NCBI GenBank assembly: GCA_964016885.1
Contig: OZ024761.1
Location: forward strand, 4,526,001 to 4,590,000
Direction: 5' to 3'
From: Eledone cirrhosa
Taxonomy: Eukaryota
DNA: 64,000 nt
Shown here: in pieces, positions 51,117-64,000 of the stretch
How the letters are laid out: the number at the start of each line of letters is the position of its first letter
How positions within the stretch are numbered: position 1 is the stretch's first letter
Notes under the pieces: generated by a model
The model's database searches: none
Told to the model about the DNA's origin: nothing
Seen by the model: only the letters and a program-made list of their open reading frames with translations
Program-made: the position numbers and the translations under genes

Positions 51117-51224
51117 AGATTCTCAAACTCTAGGTCTCAAAATTGTCACCACTTCCCGTGGAAGTGTCATAGCGTACGAGATGTAGGATGAGGCAGGTCT
51201 CGTAATATCCACGTCAATGTAAGA

Positions 51225-51430
51225 CGGTCGCTCTCCGACAGCTTTTCAGTGGAGCCCCTAGCTGTGGAGACTTCAGGTGTCCTTGGCCCTAGAGTCACCT
51301 CCATACTCACCTCCACCAGTAGAGAGTTGGCTAGCCGCATGTGTGAGCCTCGCGAACTGGAATGGCTCTTCCAACGCATCACCCTCACCATCCTCCGGGG
51401 AAACGCTTCTCTGCTCTGTCCGCCGGGCCG
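51225..51430 (+). mobile_element. CRE-clade non-LTR retrotransposon 3' fragment (RLE C-terminus)
   Basis: VEPLAVETSGVLG...WLFQRITLTILRGNAS matches the P.AVET.G..G...QRIS....RGNA pattern. Confidence 0.7.
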
Positions 51431-51737
51431 CGGGGCGACCCCATTTGCTCACAATAGTGAGAGATGGGGTGGGTGAGAGAGACGGAGGCGATGACAGTGG
51501 GAGCTTAGTTCCTTTGTATTCGAACCTGGTGTAAATGTGTGTATGACTGATTTAATAGGTCTTTGTTTTATTTATTTAGATAGTAAGTAGGTTGTGTGAT
51601 TTAGTAGAAAATGTAGGCGGCCCCTTTAAGGTTTCAAATATTCTACCCCGGACTTACACTCTAACATGTGAGCTCAGTCTTCCACAACAACACTCACCAC
51701 ATGCTCTAGAAACAGCAAAGTTCTAGACTTATGTTTT

Positions 51738-54700
51738 CATGTGAGCTCAGTCTTCCACATGTTGTCATGTGAGCTCAGTCTTCCACATGTCATGTGAGCT
51801 CAGTCTTCCACATGTTGTCATGTGAGCTCAGTCTTCCACATGTTGTCATGTGAGCTCAGTCTTCCACATGTCATGTGAGCTCAGTCTTCCACATGTCAGG
51901 TGAGCTCAGTCTTCCACATGTCGTCATGTGAGCTCAGTCTTCCACATGTTGTCATGTGAGCTCAGTCTTCCACATGTCGTGTGAGCTCAGTCTTCCACAT
52001 GTTGTCATGTGAGCTCAGTCTTCCACATGTTGTCATGTGAGCTCAGTCTTCCACATGTTGTCATGTGAGCTCAGTCTTCCACATGTTGTCATGTGAGCTC
52101 AGTCTTCCACATGTCATGTGAGCTCAGTCTTCCACATGTCATGTGAGCTCAGTCTTCCACATGTCATGTGAGCTCAGTCTTCCACATGTCATGTGAGCTC
52201 AGTCTTCCACATGTCATGTGAGCTCAGTCTTCCACATGTCATGTGAGCTCAGTCTTCCACATGTTGTCATGTGAGCTCAGTCTTCCACATGTTGTCATGT
52301 GAGCTCAGTCTTCCACATGTTGTCATGTGAGCTCAGTCTTCCACTTGCCATGTGAGCTCAGTCTTCCACATGTTGTCATGTGAGCTCAGTCTTCCACATG
52401 TTGTCATGTTAGCTCAGTCTTCCACATGTCATGTTAGCTCAGTCTTCCACATGTCATGTGAGCTCAGTCTTCCACATGTCATGTGAGATCAGTCTTCCAC
52501 ATGTTGTCCTGTGAGCTGTCTTCCACATGTTGTCATGTGAGCTGTCTTCCACATGTCATGTGAGCTCAGTCTTCCACATGTTGTCATGTGAGCTCAGTCT
52601 TCCACATGTCATGTGAGCTCCGTCTTCCACATGTCATGTGAGCTCAGTCTTCCACATGTCATGTGAGCCCAGTCTTCCACATGTCATGTGAGCTCAGTCT
52701 TCCACATGTCATGTGAGCTCAGTCTTCCACATGTCATGTGAGCTCAGTCTTCCACATGTCATGTGAGCTCAGTCTTCCACACGTTGTCATGTGAGCTCAG
52801 TCTTCCACATGTCATGTGAGCTCAGTCTTCCACATGTCATGTGAGCTCAGTCTTCCACATGTTGTCATGTGAGCTCAGTCTTCCACATGTTGTAATGTGA
52901 GCTCAGTCTTCCACATGTTGTCATGTGAGCTCAGTCTTCCACATGTCATGTGAGCTCAGTCTTCCACATGTCATGTGAGCTCAGTCTTCCACATGTCATG
53001 TGAGCTCAGTCTTCCACATGTTGTCATGTTAGCTCAGTCTTCCAGATGTTGTCATGTGAGCTCAGTCTTCCACATGTTGTCCTGTGAGCTCAGTCTTCCA
53101 CATGTTGTCCTGTGAGCTCAGTTTTCCACATGTTGTCATGTGAGCTCAGTCTTCCACATGTTGTCATGTGAGCTCAGTCTTCCACATGTTGTCATGTGAG
53201 CTCAGTCTTCCACATGTCATGCGAGCTCAGTCTTCCACATGTTGTCATGTTAGCTCAGTCTTCCACATGTCATGTGAGCTCAGTCTTCCACATGTTGTCA
53301 TGTTAGCACAGTCTTCCACATGTCATGTTAGCTCAGTCTTCCACACGTCATGTGAGCTCAGTCTTCCACATGTCATGTGAGCTCAGTCTTCCACATGTCA
53401 TGTGAGCTCAGTCTTCCACATGTTGTCATGTGATCTCAGTCTTCCACATGTCATGTGAGCTCAGTCTTCCACATGTCATGTGAGCTCAGTCTTCCACATG
53501 TCATGTGAGCTCAGTCTTCCACATGTTGTCATGTGAGCTCAGTCTTCCGCATGTTGTCATGTGAGCTCAGTCTTCCACATGTCATGTGAGCTCAGTCTTC
53601 CACATGTCATGTGAGCTCAGTCTTCCACATGTTGTCATGTGAGCTCAGTCTTCCACATGTTGTCATGTGAGCTCAGTCTTCCACATGTTGTCATGTGAGC
53701 TCAGTCTTCCACATGTCATGTGAGCTCTGTCTTCCACATGTCATGTGAGCTCAGTCTTCCACATGTCATGTGAGCTCAGTCTTCCACATGTCATGTGAGC
53801 TCAGTCTTCCACATGTTGTCATGTGAGCTCAGTCTTCCACATGTCATGTGAGCTCAGTCTTCCACATGTTGTCATGTGAGCTCAGTCTTCCACATGTTGT
53901 CATGTGAGCTCAGTCTTCCACATGCCATGTGAGCTCAGTCTTCCACATGTCATGTGAGCTCAGTCTTCCACATGTTGTCCTGTGAGCTCAGTCTTCCACA
54001 TGTCATGTTAGCTCAGTCTTCCACATGTTGTCATGTGAGCTCAGTCTTCCACATGTTGTCATGTGAGCTCAGTCTTCCACATGTCATGCGAGCTCAGTCT
54101 TCCACATGTTGTCATGTGAGCTCAGTCTTCCACATGTTGTCATGTGAGCTCAGTCTTCCACATGTTGTCATGTTAGCTCAGTCTTCCACATGTCATGTTA
54201 GCTCAGTCTTCCACACGTTGTCATGTGAGCTCAGTCTTCCTCATGTCATGTGAGCTCAGTCTTCCACATGTCATGTGAGCTCAGTCTTCCACATGTTGTC
54301 ATGTGAGCTCAGTCTTCCACATGTTGTCATGTGAGCTCAGTCTTCCACATGTTGTCATGTTAGCTCAGTCTTCCACATGTCATGTTAGCTCAGTCTTCCA
54401 CACGTTGTCATGTGAGCTCAGTCTTCCTCATGTCATGTGAGCTCAGTCTTCCACATGTCATGTGATCTCAGTCTTCCACATGTTGTCATGTGAGCTCAGT
54501 CTTCCACATGTCATGTGAGCTCAGTCTTCCACATATCATGTGAGATCAGTCTTCCACATGTTGTCATGTGAGCTCAGTCTTCCGCATGTTGTCATGTGAG
54601 CTCAGTCTTCCACATGTCATGTGAGCTCAGTCTTCCACATGTCATGTGAGCTCAGTCTTCCACATGTTGTCATGTGAGCTCAGTCTTCCACATGTTGTCA

Positions 54701-57700
54701 TGTGAGCTCAGTCTTCCACATGTTGTCATGTGAGCTCTGTCTTCCACATGTCATGTGAGCTCAGTCTTCCACATGTTGTCATGTGAGCTCAGTCTTCCAC
54801 ATGTCATGTGAGCTCAGTCTTCCACATGTTGTCATGTGAGCTCAGTCTTCCACATGTCATGTGAGCTCAGTCTTCCACATGTTGTCATGTGAGCTCAGTC
54901 TTCCACATGTTGTCATGTGAGCTCAGTCTTCCACATGCCATGTGAGCTCAGTCTTCCACATGTCATGTGAGCTCAGTCTTCCACATGTCATGTGAGCTCA
55001 GTCTTCCACATGTTGTCATGTGAGCTCAGTCTTCCACATGTTGTCCTGTGAGCTCAGTCTTCCACATGTCATGTGAGCTCAGTCTTCCACATGTTGTCAT
55101 GTGAGCTCAGTCTTCCACATGTCATGTGAGCTCAGTCTTCCACATGTCATGTGAGCTCAGTCTTCCACATGTCATGTGAGCTCAGTCTTCCACATGTCAT
55201 GTGAGCTCAGTCTTCCACATGTCATGTGAGCTCAGTCTTCCACATGTCATGTGAGCTCAGTCTTCCACATGTTGTCATGTGAGCTCAGTCTTCCACATGT
55301 TGTCATGTGAGCTCAGTCTTCCACTTGCCATGTGAGCTCAGTCTTCCACATGTTGTCATGTGAGCTCAGTCTTCCACATGTTGTCATGTGAGCTCAGTCT
55401 TCCACATGTCATGTTAGCTCAGTCTTCCACATGTCATGTGAGCTCAGTCTTCCACATGTCATGTGAGATCAGTCTTCCACATGTTGTCCTGTGAGCTGTC
55501 TTCCACATGTTGTCATGTGAGCTGTCTTCCACATCTCATGTGAGCTCAGTCTTCCACATGTTGTCATGTGAGCTCAGTCTTCCACATGTCATGTGAGCTC
55601 CGTCTTCCACATGTCATGTGAGCTCAGTCTTCCACATGTTGTCATGTGAGCTCAGTCTTCCACATGTCATGTGAGCCCAGTCTTCCACATGTCATGTGAG
55701 CTCAGTCTTCCACATGTCATGTGAGCTCAGTCTTCCACACGTTGTCATGTGAGCTCAGTCTTCCACATGTTGTCATGTGAGCTCAGTCTTCCACATGTCA
55801 TGTGAGCTCAGTCTTCCACATGTTGTCATGTGAGCTCAGTCTTCCACATGTTGTCATGTGAGCTCAGTCTTCCACATGTCATGTGAGCTCAGTCTTCCAC
55901 ATGTCATGTGAGCTCAGTCTTCCACATGTCATGTGAGCTCAGTCTTCCACATGTTGTCATGTTAGCTCAGTCTTCCAGATGTTGTCATGTGAGCTCAGTC
56001 TTCCACATGTCATGTGAGCTCAGTCTTCCACATGTTGTCATGTGATCTCAGTCTTCCACATGTCATGTGAGCTCAGTCTTCCACATGTTGTCATGTGAGC
56101 TCAGTCTTCCACATGTCATGTGAGCTCAGTCTTCCACATGTCATGTGAGCTCAGTCTTCCACATGTTGTCATGTGAGCTCAGTCTTCCACATGTCATGTG
56201 AGCTCAGTCTTCCACATGTCATGTGAGCTCAGTCTTCCACATGTTGTCATGTGAGCTCAGTCTTCCACATGTCATGTGAGCTCAGTCTTCCACATGTTGT
56301 CATGTGAGCTCAGTCTTCCACATGTTGTCATGTGAGCTCAGTCTTCCACATGTTGTAATGTGAGCTCAGTCTTCCACATGTCATGTGAGCTCAGTCTTCC
56401 ACATGTCATGTGAGCTCAGTCTTCCACATGTCATGTGAGCTCAGTCTTCCACATGTTGTCATGTTAGCTCAGTCTTCCAGATGTTGTCATGTGAGCTCAG
56501 TCTTCCACATGTCATGTGAGCTCAGTCTTCCACATGTTGTCATGTGATCTCAGTCTTCCACATGTCATGTGAGCTCAGTCTTCCACATGTTGTCATGTGA
56601 GCTCAGTCTTCCACATGTCATGTGAGCTCAGTCTTCCACATGTCATGTGAGCACAGTTTTCCACATGTTGTCATGTGAACTCAGTCTTCCACATGTTGTC
56701 ATGTGAGCTCAGTCTTCCACATGTCATGTGAGCTCAGTCTTCCACATGTTGTCATGTGATCTCAGTCTTCCACATGTTGTCATGTGAGCTCAGTCTTCCA
56801 CATGTCATGTGAGCTCAGTCTTCCACATGTCATGTGAGCTCAGTCTTCCACATGTTGTCATGTGAGCTCAGTCTTCCGCATGTTGTCATGTGAGCTCAGT
56901 CTTCAACATGTCATGTGAGCTCAGTCTTCCACATGTCATGTGAGCTCAGTCTTCCACATGTTGTCATGTGAGCTCAGTCTTCCACATGTTGTCATGTGAG
57001 CTCAGTCTTCCACATGCTGTCATGTGAGCTCAGTCTTCCACGTTGTCATGTGAGCTCTGTCTTCCACATGTCATGTGAGCTCAGTCTTCCACATGTTGTC
57101 ATGTGAGCTCAGTCTTCCACATGTCATGTGAGCTCAGTCTTCCACATGTTGTCATGTGAGCTCAGTCTTCCACATGTCATGTGAGCTCAGTCTTCCACAT
57201 GTTGTCATGTGAGCTCAGTCTTCCACATGCCATGTGAGCTCAGTCTTCCACATGTCATGTGAGCTCAGTCTTCCACATGTCATGTGAGCTCAGTCTTCCA
57301 CATGTTGTCATGTGAGCTCAGTCTTCCACATGTTGTCCTGTGAGCTCAGTCTTCCACATGTCATGTGAGCTCAGTCTTCCACATGTTGTCATGTGAGCTC
57401 AGTCTTCCACATGTTGTCATGTGAGCTCAGTCTTCCACATGTTGTCATGTGAGCTCAGTCTTCCACATGTCATGCGAGCTCAGTCTTCCACATGTTGTCA
57501 TGTTAGCTCAGTCTTCCACATGTCATGTGAGCTCAGTCTTCCACATGTTGTCATGTTAGCTCAGTCTTCCACATGTCATGTTAGCTCAGTCTTCCACACG
57601 TTGTCATGTGAGCTCAGTCTTCCACATGTCATGTGAGCTCAGTCTTCCACATGTCATGTGAGCTCAGTCTTCCACATGTTGTCATGTGAGCTCAGTCTTC

Positions 57701-59087
57701 CACATGTTGTCATGTGAGCTCAGTCTTCCACATTTTGTCATGTGAGCTCTGTCTTCCACATGTCATGTGAGCTCAGTCTTCCACATGTCATGTGAGCTCA
57801 GTCTTCCACATGTCATGTGAGCTCAGTCTTCCACATGTTGTTATGTGAGCTCAGTCTTCCACATGTCATGTGATCTCAGTCTTCCACATGTTGTCATGTG
57901 AGCTCAGTCTTCCACATGTCATGTGAGCTCAGTCTTCCACATGTCATGTGAGCTCAGTCTTCCACATGTTGTCATGTGAGCTCAGTCTTCCGCATGTTGT
58001 CATGTGAGCTCAGTCTTCCACATGTCATGTGAGCTCAGTCTTCCACATGTCATGTGAGCTCAGTCTTCCACATGTTGTCATGTGAGCTCAGTCTTCCACA
58101 TGTTGTCATGTGAGCTCAGTCTTCCACATGTTGTCATGTGAGCTCAGTCTTCGACATGTTGTCATGTGAGCTCTGTCTTCCACATGTCATGTGAGCTCAG
58201 TCTTCCACATGTTGTCATGTGATCACAGTCTTCCACATGTTGTCATGTGAGCTCAGTCTTCCACATGTCATGTGAGCTCAGTCTTCCACATGTTGTCATG
58301 TGAGCTCAGTCTTCCACATGTTGTCATGTGAGCTCAGTCTTCCACATGCCATGTGAGCTCAGTCTTCCACATGTCATGTGAGCTCAGTCTTCCACATGTC
58401 ATGTGAGCTCAGTCTTCCACATGTTGTCATGTGAGCTCAGTCTTCCACATGTTGTCCTGTGAGCTCAGTCTTCCACATGTTGTCCTGTGAGCTCAGTTTT
58501 CCACATGTTGTCATGTGAGCTCAGTCTTCCACATGTTGTCATGTGAGCTCAGTCTTCCACATGTTGTCATGTGAGCTCAGTCTTCCACATGTCATGCGAG
58601 CTCAGTCTTCCACATGTTGTCATGTTAGCTCAGTCTTCCACATGTCATGTGAGCTCAGTCTTCCACATGTTGTCATGTTAGCACAGTCTTCCACATGTCA
58701 TGTTAGCTCAGTCTTCCACACGTTGTCATGTGAGCTCAGTCTTCCACATGTCATGTGAGCTCAGTCTTCCACATGTCATGTGAGCTCAGTCTTCCACATG
58801 TTGTCATGTGAGCTCAGTCTTCCACATGTTGTCATGTGAGCTCAGTCTTCCACATTTTGTCATGTGAGCTCTGTCTTCCACATGTCATGTGAGCTCAGTC
58901 TTCCACATGTCATGTGAGCTCAGTCTTCCACATGTCATGTGAGCTCAGTCTTCCACATGTTATGTGAGCTCAGTCTTCCACATGTCATGTGAGCTCAGTC
59001 TTCCACATGTTGTCATGTGAGCTCAGTCTTCCACATGTCATGTGAGCTCAGTCTTCCACATGTTGTCATGTGAGCTCAGTCTTCCAC
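51738..59087. repeat. Satellite K: 25/28-bp unit CATGTGAGCTCAGTCTTCCACATGT(TGT), ~280 copies
   Basis: Directly visible; recurring variant strings show larger internal duplications. Confidence 0.97.
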
Positions 59088-59289
59088 AACAACACTCACC
59101 ACCGGACCTACACTCTAACATGTGAGCTCAGTCTTCGACAACAACAGTTCTACACTTATGTTGTCATGGTTATTTCTGTTGGTCAGTCTGGTGAAGTTAG
59201 TGGACTTCTGTAACATTAGGAGGAATGACGTGGGTCAGAGGTACAAGGTAGGGCGGGGGCAGAAAGGGTATAGAGCGAGGCGGCGTCAG

Positions 59290-60180
59290 AAGGGGAGAGA
59301 GAAAGAGAGGTAAGAGAGTGGTAAGAGAGAGAAAGAGAGAGAGTGAGAGTGAGAGGAAGAGAAAGTGAGAGAGAAAGTGAGAGGGAGGGGGAGAAGCGGG
59401 TGGGAGAAGGGGATAGAGCGAGGAGGAGAGGGGGGAAGGGGAGAGATAAAGAGAGGAAAGAGAGTGGTGAGAGTGAGAGGAAGAGAAAGTGAGAGAGAAA
59501 GAAAGAGAGGGAGAGAGGGGTAGGGAGAGGGAGAGAAAGAGAGGGAGAAAGAGAGGGAGAAAGAGAGGGAGAAAGAGAGGGAGAAAGAGAGAGAGAGTGA
59601 AAGAGGGAGAGAAGAAATAGGGGTGGTGGGAGAATTTATGGCTAAATTTGCTGTGTTTGTGTGCAAGGGGTTGGTTGTATGTGTGTGTACGACTGTGTGT
59701 ATGTATGTGGAGAGTTATGTGTGTGTGTGTGGGGGTGTATATGTGTGTGGGTGTGTATGTATGTGGGTGTGAGTGTGTATGTGGTGTGTGTACATGTGCG
59801 TGTATGTGTTTGTGTATGTATGTGTGTATGTGTGTGTAAGTATGTGTGTGTGTGTATGTATGTATGTGTCTATGTGTGTGTATGTATGTGTGTATGTATG
59901 TGTGTGTGTGTATGTATGTGTATATGTATGTGTGTGTGTGTATGTGTATGTATATGTGTGTATGTATGTATGTGTATATACATATATGTATATGTGTGTG
60001 TGTGTATGTATGTGTATATATATATATATGTATATATATATATGTATATATGTGTGCGTATGCATATGTGTGTGTATGTATGTATGTATATATATGTGTG
60101 TATGTGTATGTATATATATATATATATATGTGTGTGTATGTATATGTATGTGTATGTATATGTATTTGTGTGTGTGGGGG

Positions 60181-60272
<92 letters not shown>

Positions 60273-60350
60273 TATATATGTGTGTATGTATGTATGTGTA
60301 TGTATATATATATATGTATATGTGTGTGTATGTATGTGTATGTATATGTA
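59290..60350. repeat. GA-rich, then TG/TATG/TA/GA compound microsatellites
   Basis: Directly visible. Confidence 0.92.
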
Positions 60351-60365
60351 TTTTTTTTTTTTTAA

Positions 60366-63300
60366 TGACCATGCTGTAAAATGGAGGGGTAGAGAGGGCC
60401 CTTGAGTCTAGTAAGACATCCTCTCTAGTGCTGGTGGCACAAATAAAAGCACCCAGTTCATGCTGTAAAGTGGCGCTGGTTTTAGGAAGGGCATCCAACC
60501 AGTGTATCAATGCCAAAACGCTTATCAGCACAGCAACAAATAGGATCAACAAAATATGAAGACGTCGCATCTCAGAGTTGCAACACTTAATGTTGGCACT
60601 CTCAGAGGTAGGTCTGCTGAAATAGCGGAGATGCTGGAGAGAAGGCAGGTGGATGTGTGCTGCGTGCAAGAGGTGAGATGGAGAGGTGCCTCTGCGAGAC
60701 TAGTCGTAGGCAAACGTCTTAGCTATAAGCTATTCTGGGTAGGTAAGGATGATGGGCTAGGGGGAGTAGGCATTTTCCTGGCTGAGAAATGGATCAATAA
60801 GACAATAGAGGTAGTTCGAGTTAGTAATCGAATAATTAAGCTTAGATTAGTTGTAGGTAGGAGACTACTGACAATCATCTCTGCCTATGCTCCCCAAGCA
60901 GGCCTAGGCAAAGATTAGAAAGACTGCTTTTATGAGCAACTTTTGCAAACAACCGCAATGACAGAGGACGGAGACATCGTTATGCTAGCAGGAGACTTCA
61001 ATGGTCATGTTGGACAGCTCCAGGATGGTTACACTGGGGTACATGGTGGGCACGGTTACGGTTCAAGAAATGAAGAAGGAGTGAGTCTTCTTGAATTTTG
61101 TGATGCAGGTACATTGACTATTTGCAACACAAACTTCCAGAAACCTGCCAATCACCTAATAACCTACAAATCTGGTGAGCACATAAGCCAGATTGACTTC
61201 TTGCTAGTTAGGCAGCGGGACAGGCAGATAGTGTCTAATACCAAGGCATACCCTGGGGAAGAATGTACCCCACAGCATAGGTTAGTTGTTAGTGATATCT
61301 CAGTAAGCAAGAGATGGAATGAGACATATAGGAAGGTGTGGAGAAGAAAGGTCTGGAAGCTAAAAGACCTTTCACTAAAATACAAATTTAGGAAAGCCCT
61401 TCAAGATGTATATGACGAAAAAGAAGACGATTTAGAGACGTATGACATAGATAATAACTGGAAGTTCTTACGTGACAACTTGCTGCAGGCTACTGATGAA
61501 ACCTGTGGCTGGAGCAGAGCTCCAACCAGACAGAGAGTGACCTGGTGGTGGAACAGCACAGTAGATAAGGCTATTAGAGACAAAAGACTAGCATGGAAGG
61601 CTTGGAAAAAGGGTGGGAGTAGGGAAGAATATACAGCCACTAAGAGAGAAGCTAGACGTCAGGTGTACTTAGCACGCAGGGAGGCAGAAAGTAGGAGGTC
61701 TGCCAATGTTCTGCGACGGAAAGTCAGAGGCCTGCGGTGTTCCACATTGCAAGGCAGTGTGTCAATGCAAATCAGGATGTTGTTGGAGATAAATGTGTCC
61801 GGGATGATGCCGGTGTACTTAGTGTCACGAATGATCAGAAAAAGGAGGCCTGGAAATGTCATTATGAGAGACTGATGAATGTGGAGAACAAATGGGAGAG
61901 AGAGAAATTACCCTTGGTAGATCCGACAGAGGGACCAGCTATTGAGATTGACGAATATAGGGTCCAAGAGGCGATTAGGGAAATGAAAAATGGTAAGGCT
62001 GCCGGTCCATCGGGAATAGTTGCTGAGATGCTGAAGGCATCAGGGGACGTAGGCACTAAACTGGTTGCACGCATCATCAATCAGGCTATATTTGGTGGTG
62101 TCATACCCAAAGACTGGTGCAGCAGTATTCTCATAAATTGCTACAAAGGTAAAGGGGATGCTCTGGAGAGGAGCAATTATAGGGGTATAAAACTGATGGA
62201 TCAGGTTATGAAAGTTGCAGAAAGGATATTAGCACAACTAATTAGAGAAAGGGTCAAACTAGATGAGATGCAGTTTAGTTTTGTGCCTGGCAGGAGTACA
62301 ACAGATGCCCTCTTCTTGGTGAGACAATTGCAACAGAGGTTCTTAGAGAAGAATAAGCCACTATACTTAGCCTTTGTTGACCTAGAGAAGGCCTTTGATA
62401 GGGTACCCCGATCTGTCATTTGGTGGTCCCTAAGGAAGCTAGGTGTTGAGGAATGGCTTGTGAGGACAGTGAAAACTTTGTACAGAGGTACTCTCAGTAA
62501 AGTCAGGGTAGGAACGGAGTTTAGTGAGGAATTCCAGATAAGTAGGAGTACATCAGGGTTCGGTCCTCAGCCCGCTCTTGTTCATTATAGTCCTCCAAGC
62601 CATAACAGAGGAGTTTAAAACTGGCTGTCCATGGGAACTTCTCTATGCTGACGATCTGGTTCTTATAGCAGAATCAGTAGAGGAGCTGGAGAATAAATTC
62701 TGGCTATGGAAACAGCAGTTGGAAGCAAGGGGACTGAGAGTGAATCTAGCTAAGACAAAAGTGTTGATGAGTAGAAAAGAGGACAAAACCCTGATTCCAT
62801 CAGGGAAATGGCCATGTTCGATATGCAGAAAAGGAACTGGCATAAATTCTATAAAATGCACACAATGCAGATCCTGGGTACACAAGAGATGTAGCGGGAT
62901 AGCAGGCAAACTAACAGGTAGGGAGAAATATGTATGCAGTAGATGTACAGGGAAATTAGACAGTAGAAGTCGCATTGATAGACACATTTTTCAAATGCAG
63001 GAGGGCGCTATAGAAGTGGTGGATAGCTTCCGGTACCTAGGAGATCAGATTAGCATGGGAGGAGGGTGTTCCGAGGCCATAGTATCTAGAATAAGGACGG
63101 GTTGCAAGAAGTTTAGGGAGCTGCTTCCTCTGTTGACGAAGAAGGGTTTCTCCCTTCGTACGAAAGGCCGGTTGTATGATGCCTGTGTGAGGAGAGCGAT
63201 GCTGCATGGTAGTGAGACATGGGCAGCAACTGCAGAGGATATGAGACGGCTGGAGAGAAATGAGGCAAGCATGCTCCGTTGGATGTGCAGTGTCAATGTG

Positions 63301-63618
63301 CGTGAACAGCCGAGCATGGAACTGTTGGGAGAGAAACTGTGTCTGAGAGGGAAGAGGAGACTGAGGTGGTATGGACATGTGATGCGCATGGAGGATGACC
63401 GATGGGTGAAGAAGTGCCAGGAAATGCCAGTTGATGTAAGACGTGGTAGAGGTAGACCACGAAAAACATGGGTGGAGGTGGTGAGAGCAGACCTCAGATC
63501 GCTGAAGCTCACGGTGGAGATGACGAAGGACCGTGACAAGTGGAGAGATGCTGTGCTGAATAAGATCCGTCCCACCCTTGCAAGCAGGGAAAAGCAGACG
63601 TAAAATGATGATGATGAT
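60366..63618 (+). mobile_element. Near full-length RTE-clade LINE (APE endonuclease, RT, PHD-like finger), inactivated
   Basis: ATLNVGTL, VQEVRW, SAYAPQ, GDFNGHVG, IDFLL, HRLV (APE); KAAGPSG, FVDLEKAFD, YADD (RT). Stop at 60916-60918 and frameshifts near 61720 and 62540. 5' AGGAAGGGCATCC motif; (TGA)n tail. Confidence 0.95.
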
Positions 63619-63661
63619 GTATGTGTATGTATGTATGTATGTATGTATGTATGTATGTATG

Positions 63662-63735
<74 letters not shown>

Positions 63736-63863
63736 TATATGAATATATGTGTGTATGTATGTATGTGTATGTATATATATATGTATATGTGTGTGTATGT
63801 ATATGTATATGTATGTGTATGTATATATATATATGTATTTGTGTGTGTGGGGGTATGCGTATG

Positions 63864-63925
<62 letters not shown>

Positions 63926-63965
63926 TGTATGTCTATATATATGTATATATGTGTGTGTATGTGTG
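63619..63965. repeat. (TATG)n/(TA)n microsatellite
   Basis: Directly visible. Confidence 0.92.
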
Positions 63966-64000
63966 TACGAGTTCATAGTGGTTTTCCACGTCTTTGGAAA

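Noticed and set aside
41748-59087. CRISPR array interpretation of the palindromic tandem repeats
   Set aside because: No unique spacers, no cas genes, eukaryotic context.
59197-60669. 490-aa minus-strand ORF with an apparent hydrophobic segment
   Set aside because: It is antisense to the LINE 5' end plus microsatellites.

Overview
AT-rich animal genomic DNA. The (TA)n/(TACA)n/(CA)n microsatellite load and the tRNA-SINE and RTE termini resemble octopus/cephalopod repeats; this is an inference. Roughly 90% of the window is repetitive: about 10 different minisatellite/satellite arrays, tRNA-derived SINEs with target-site duplications, degenerate RTE, R4/Dong-like, CRE-like and CR1-like non-LTR retrotransposons, and Penelope-type inverted repeats. 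Nearly all long ORFs in the track are repeat artefacts. Only two segments look like host coding sequence, and both resemble the outer-dynein-arm docking protein family ODAD1(CCDC114)/CCDC63. They lie in reversed order on the same strand: the C-terminal exon (11725-12196) is 33 kb upstream of the N-terminal exon (45613-46547), and their splice sites are phase-compatible. The other highlight is a cluster of eight type-I hammerhead-ribozyme motifs in 5.6-11.6 kb. Several share a C-C mismatch in an otherwise covarying stem II, and two sit in a 380-bp palindrome. All structures and family assignments were made by eye, without searches or folding software.
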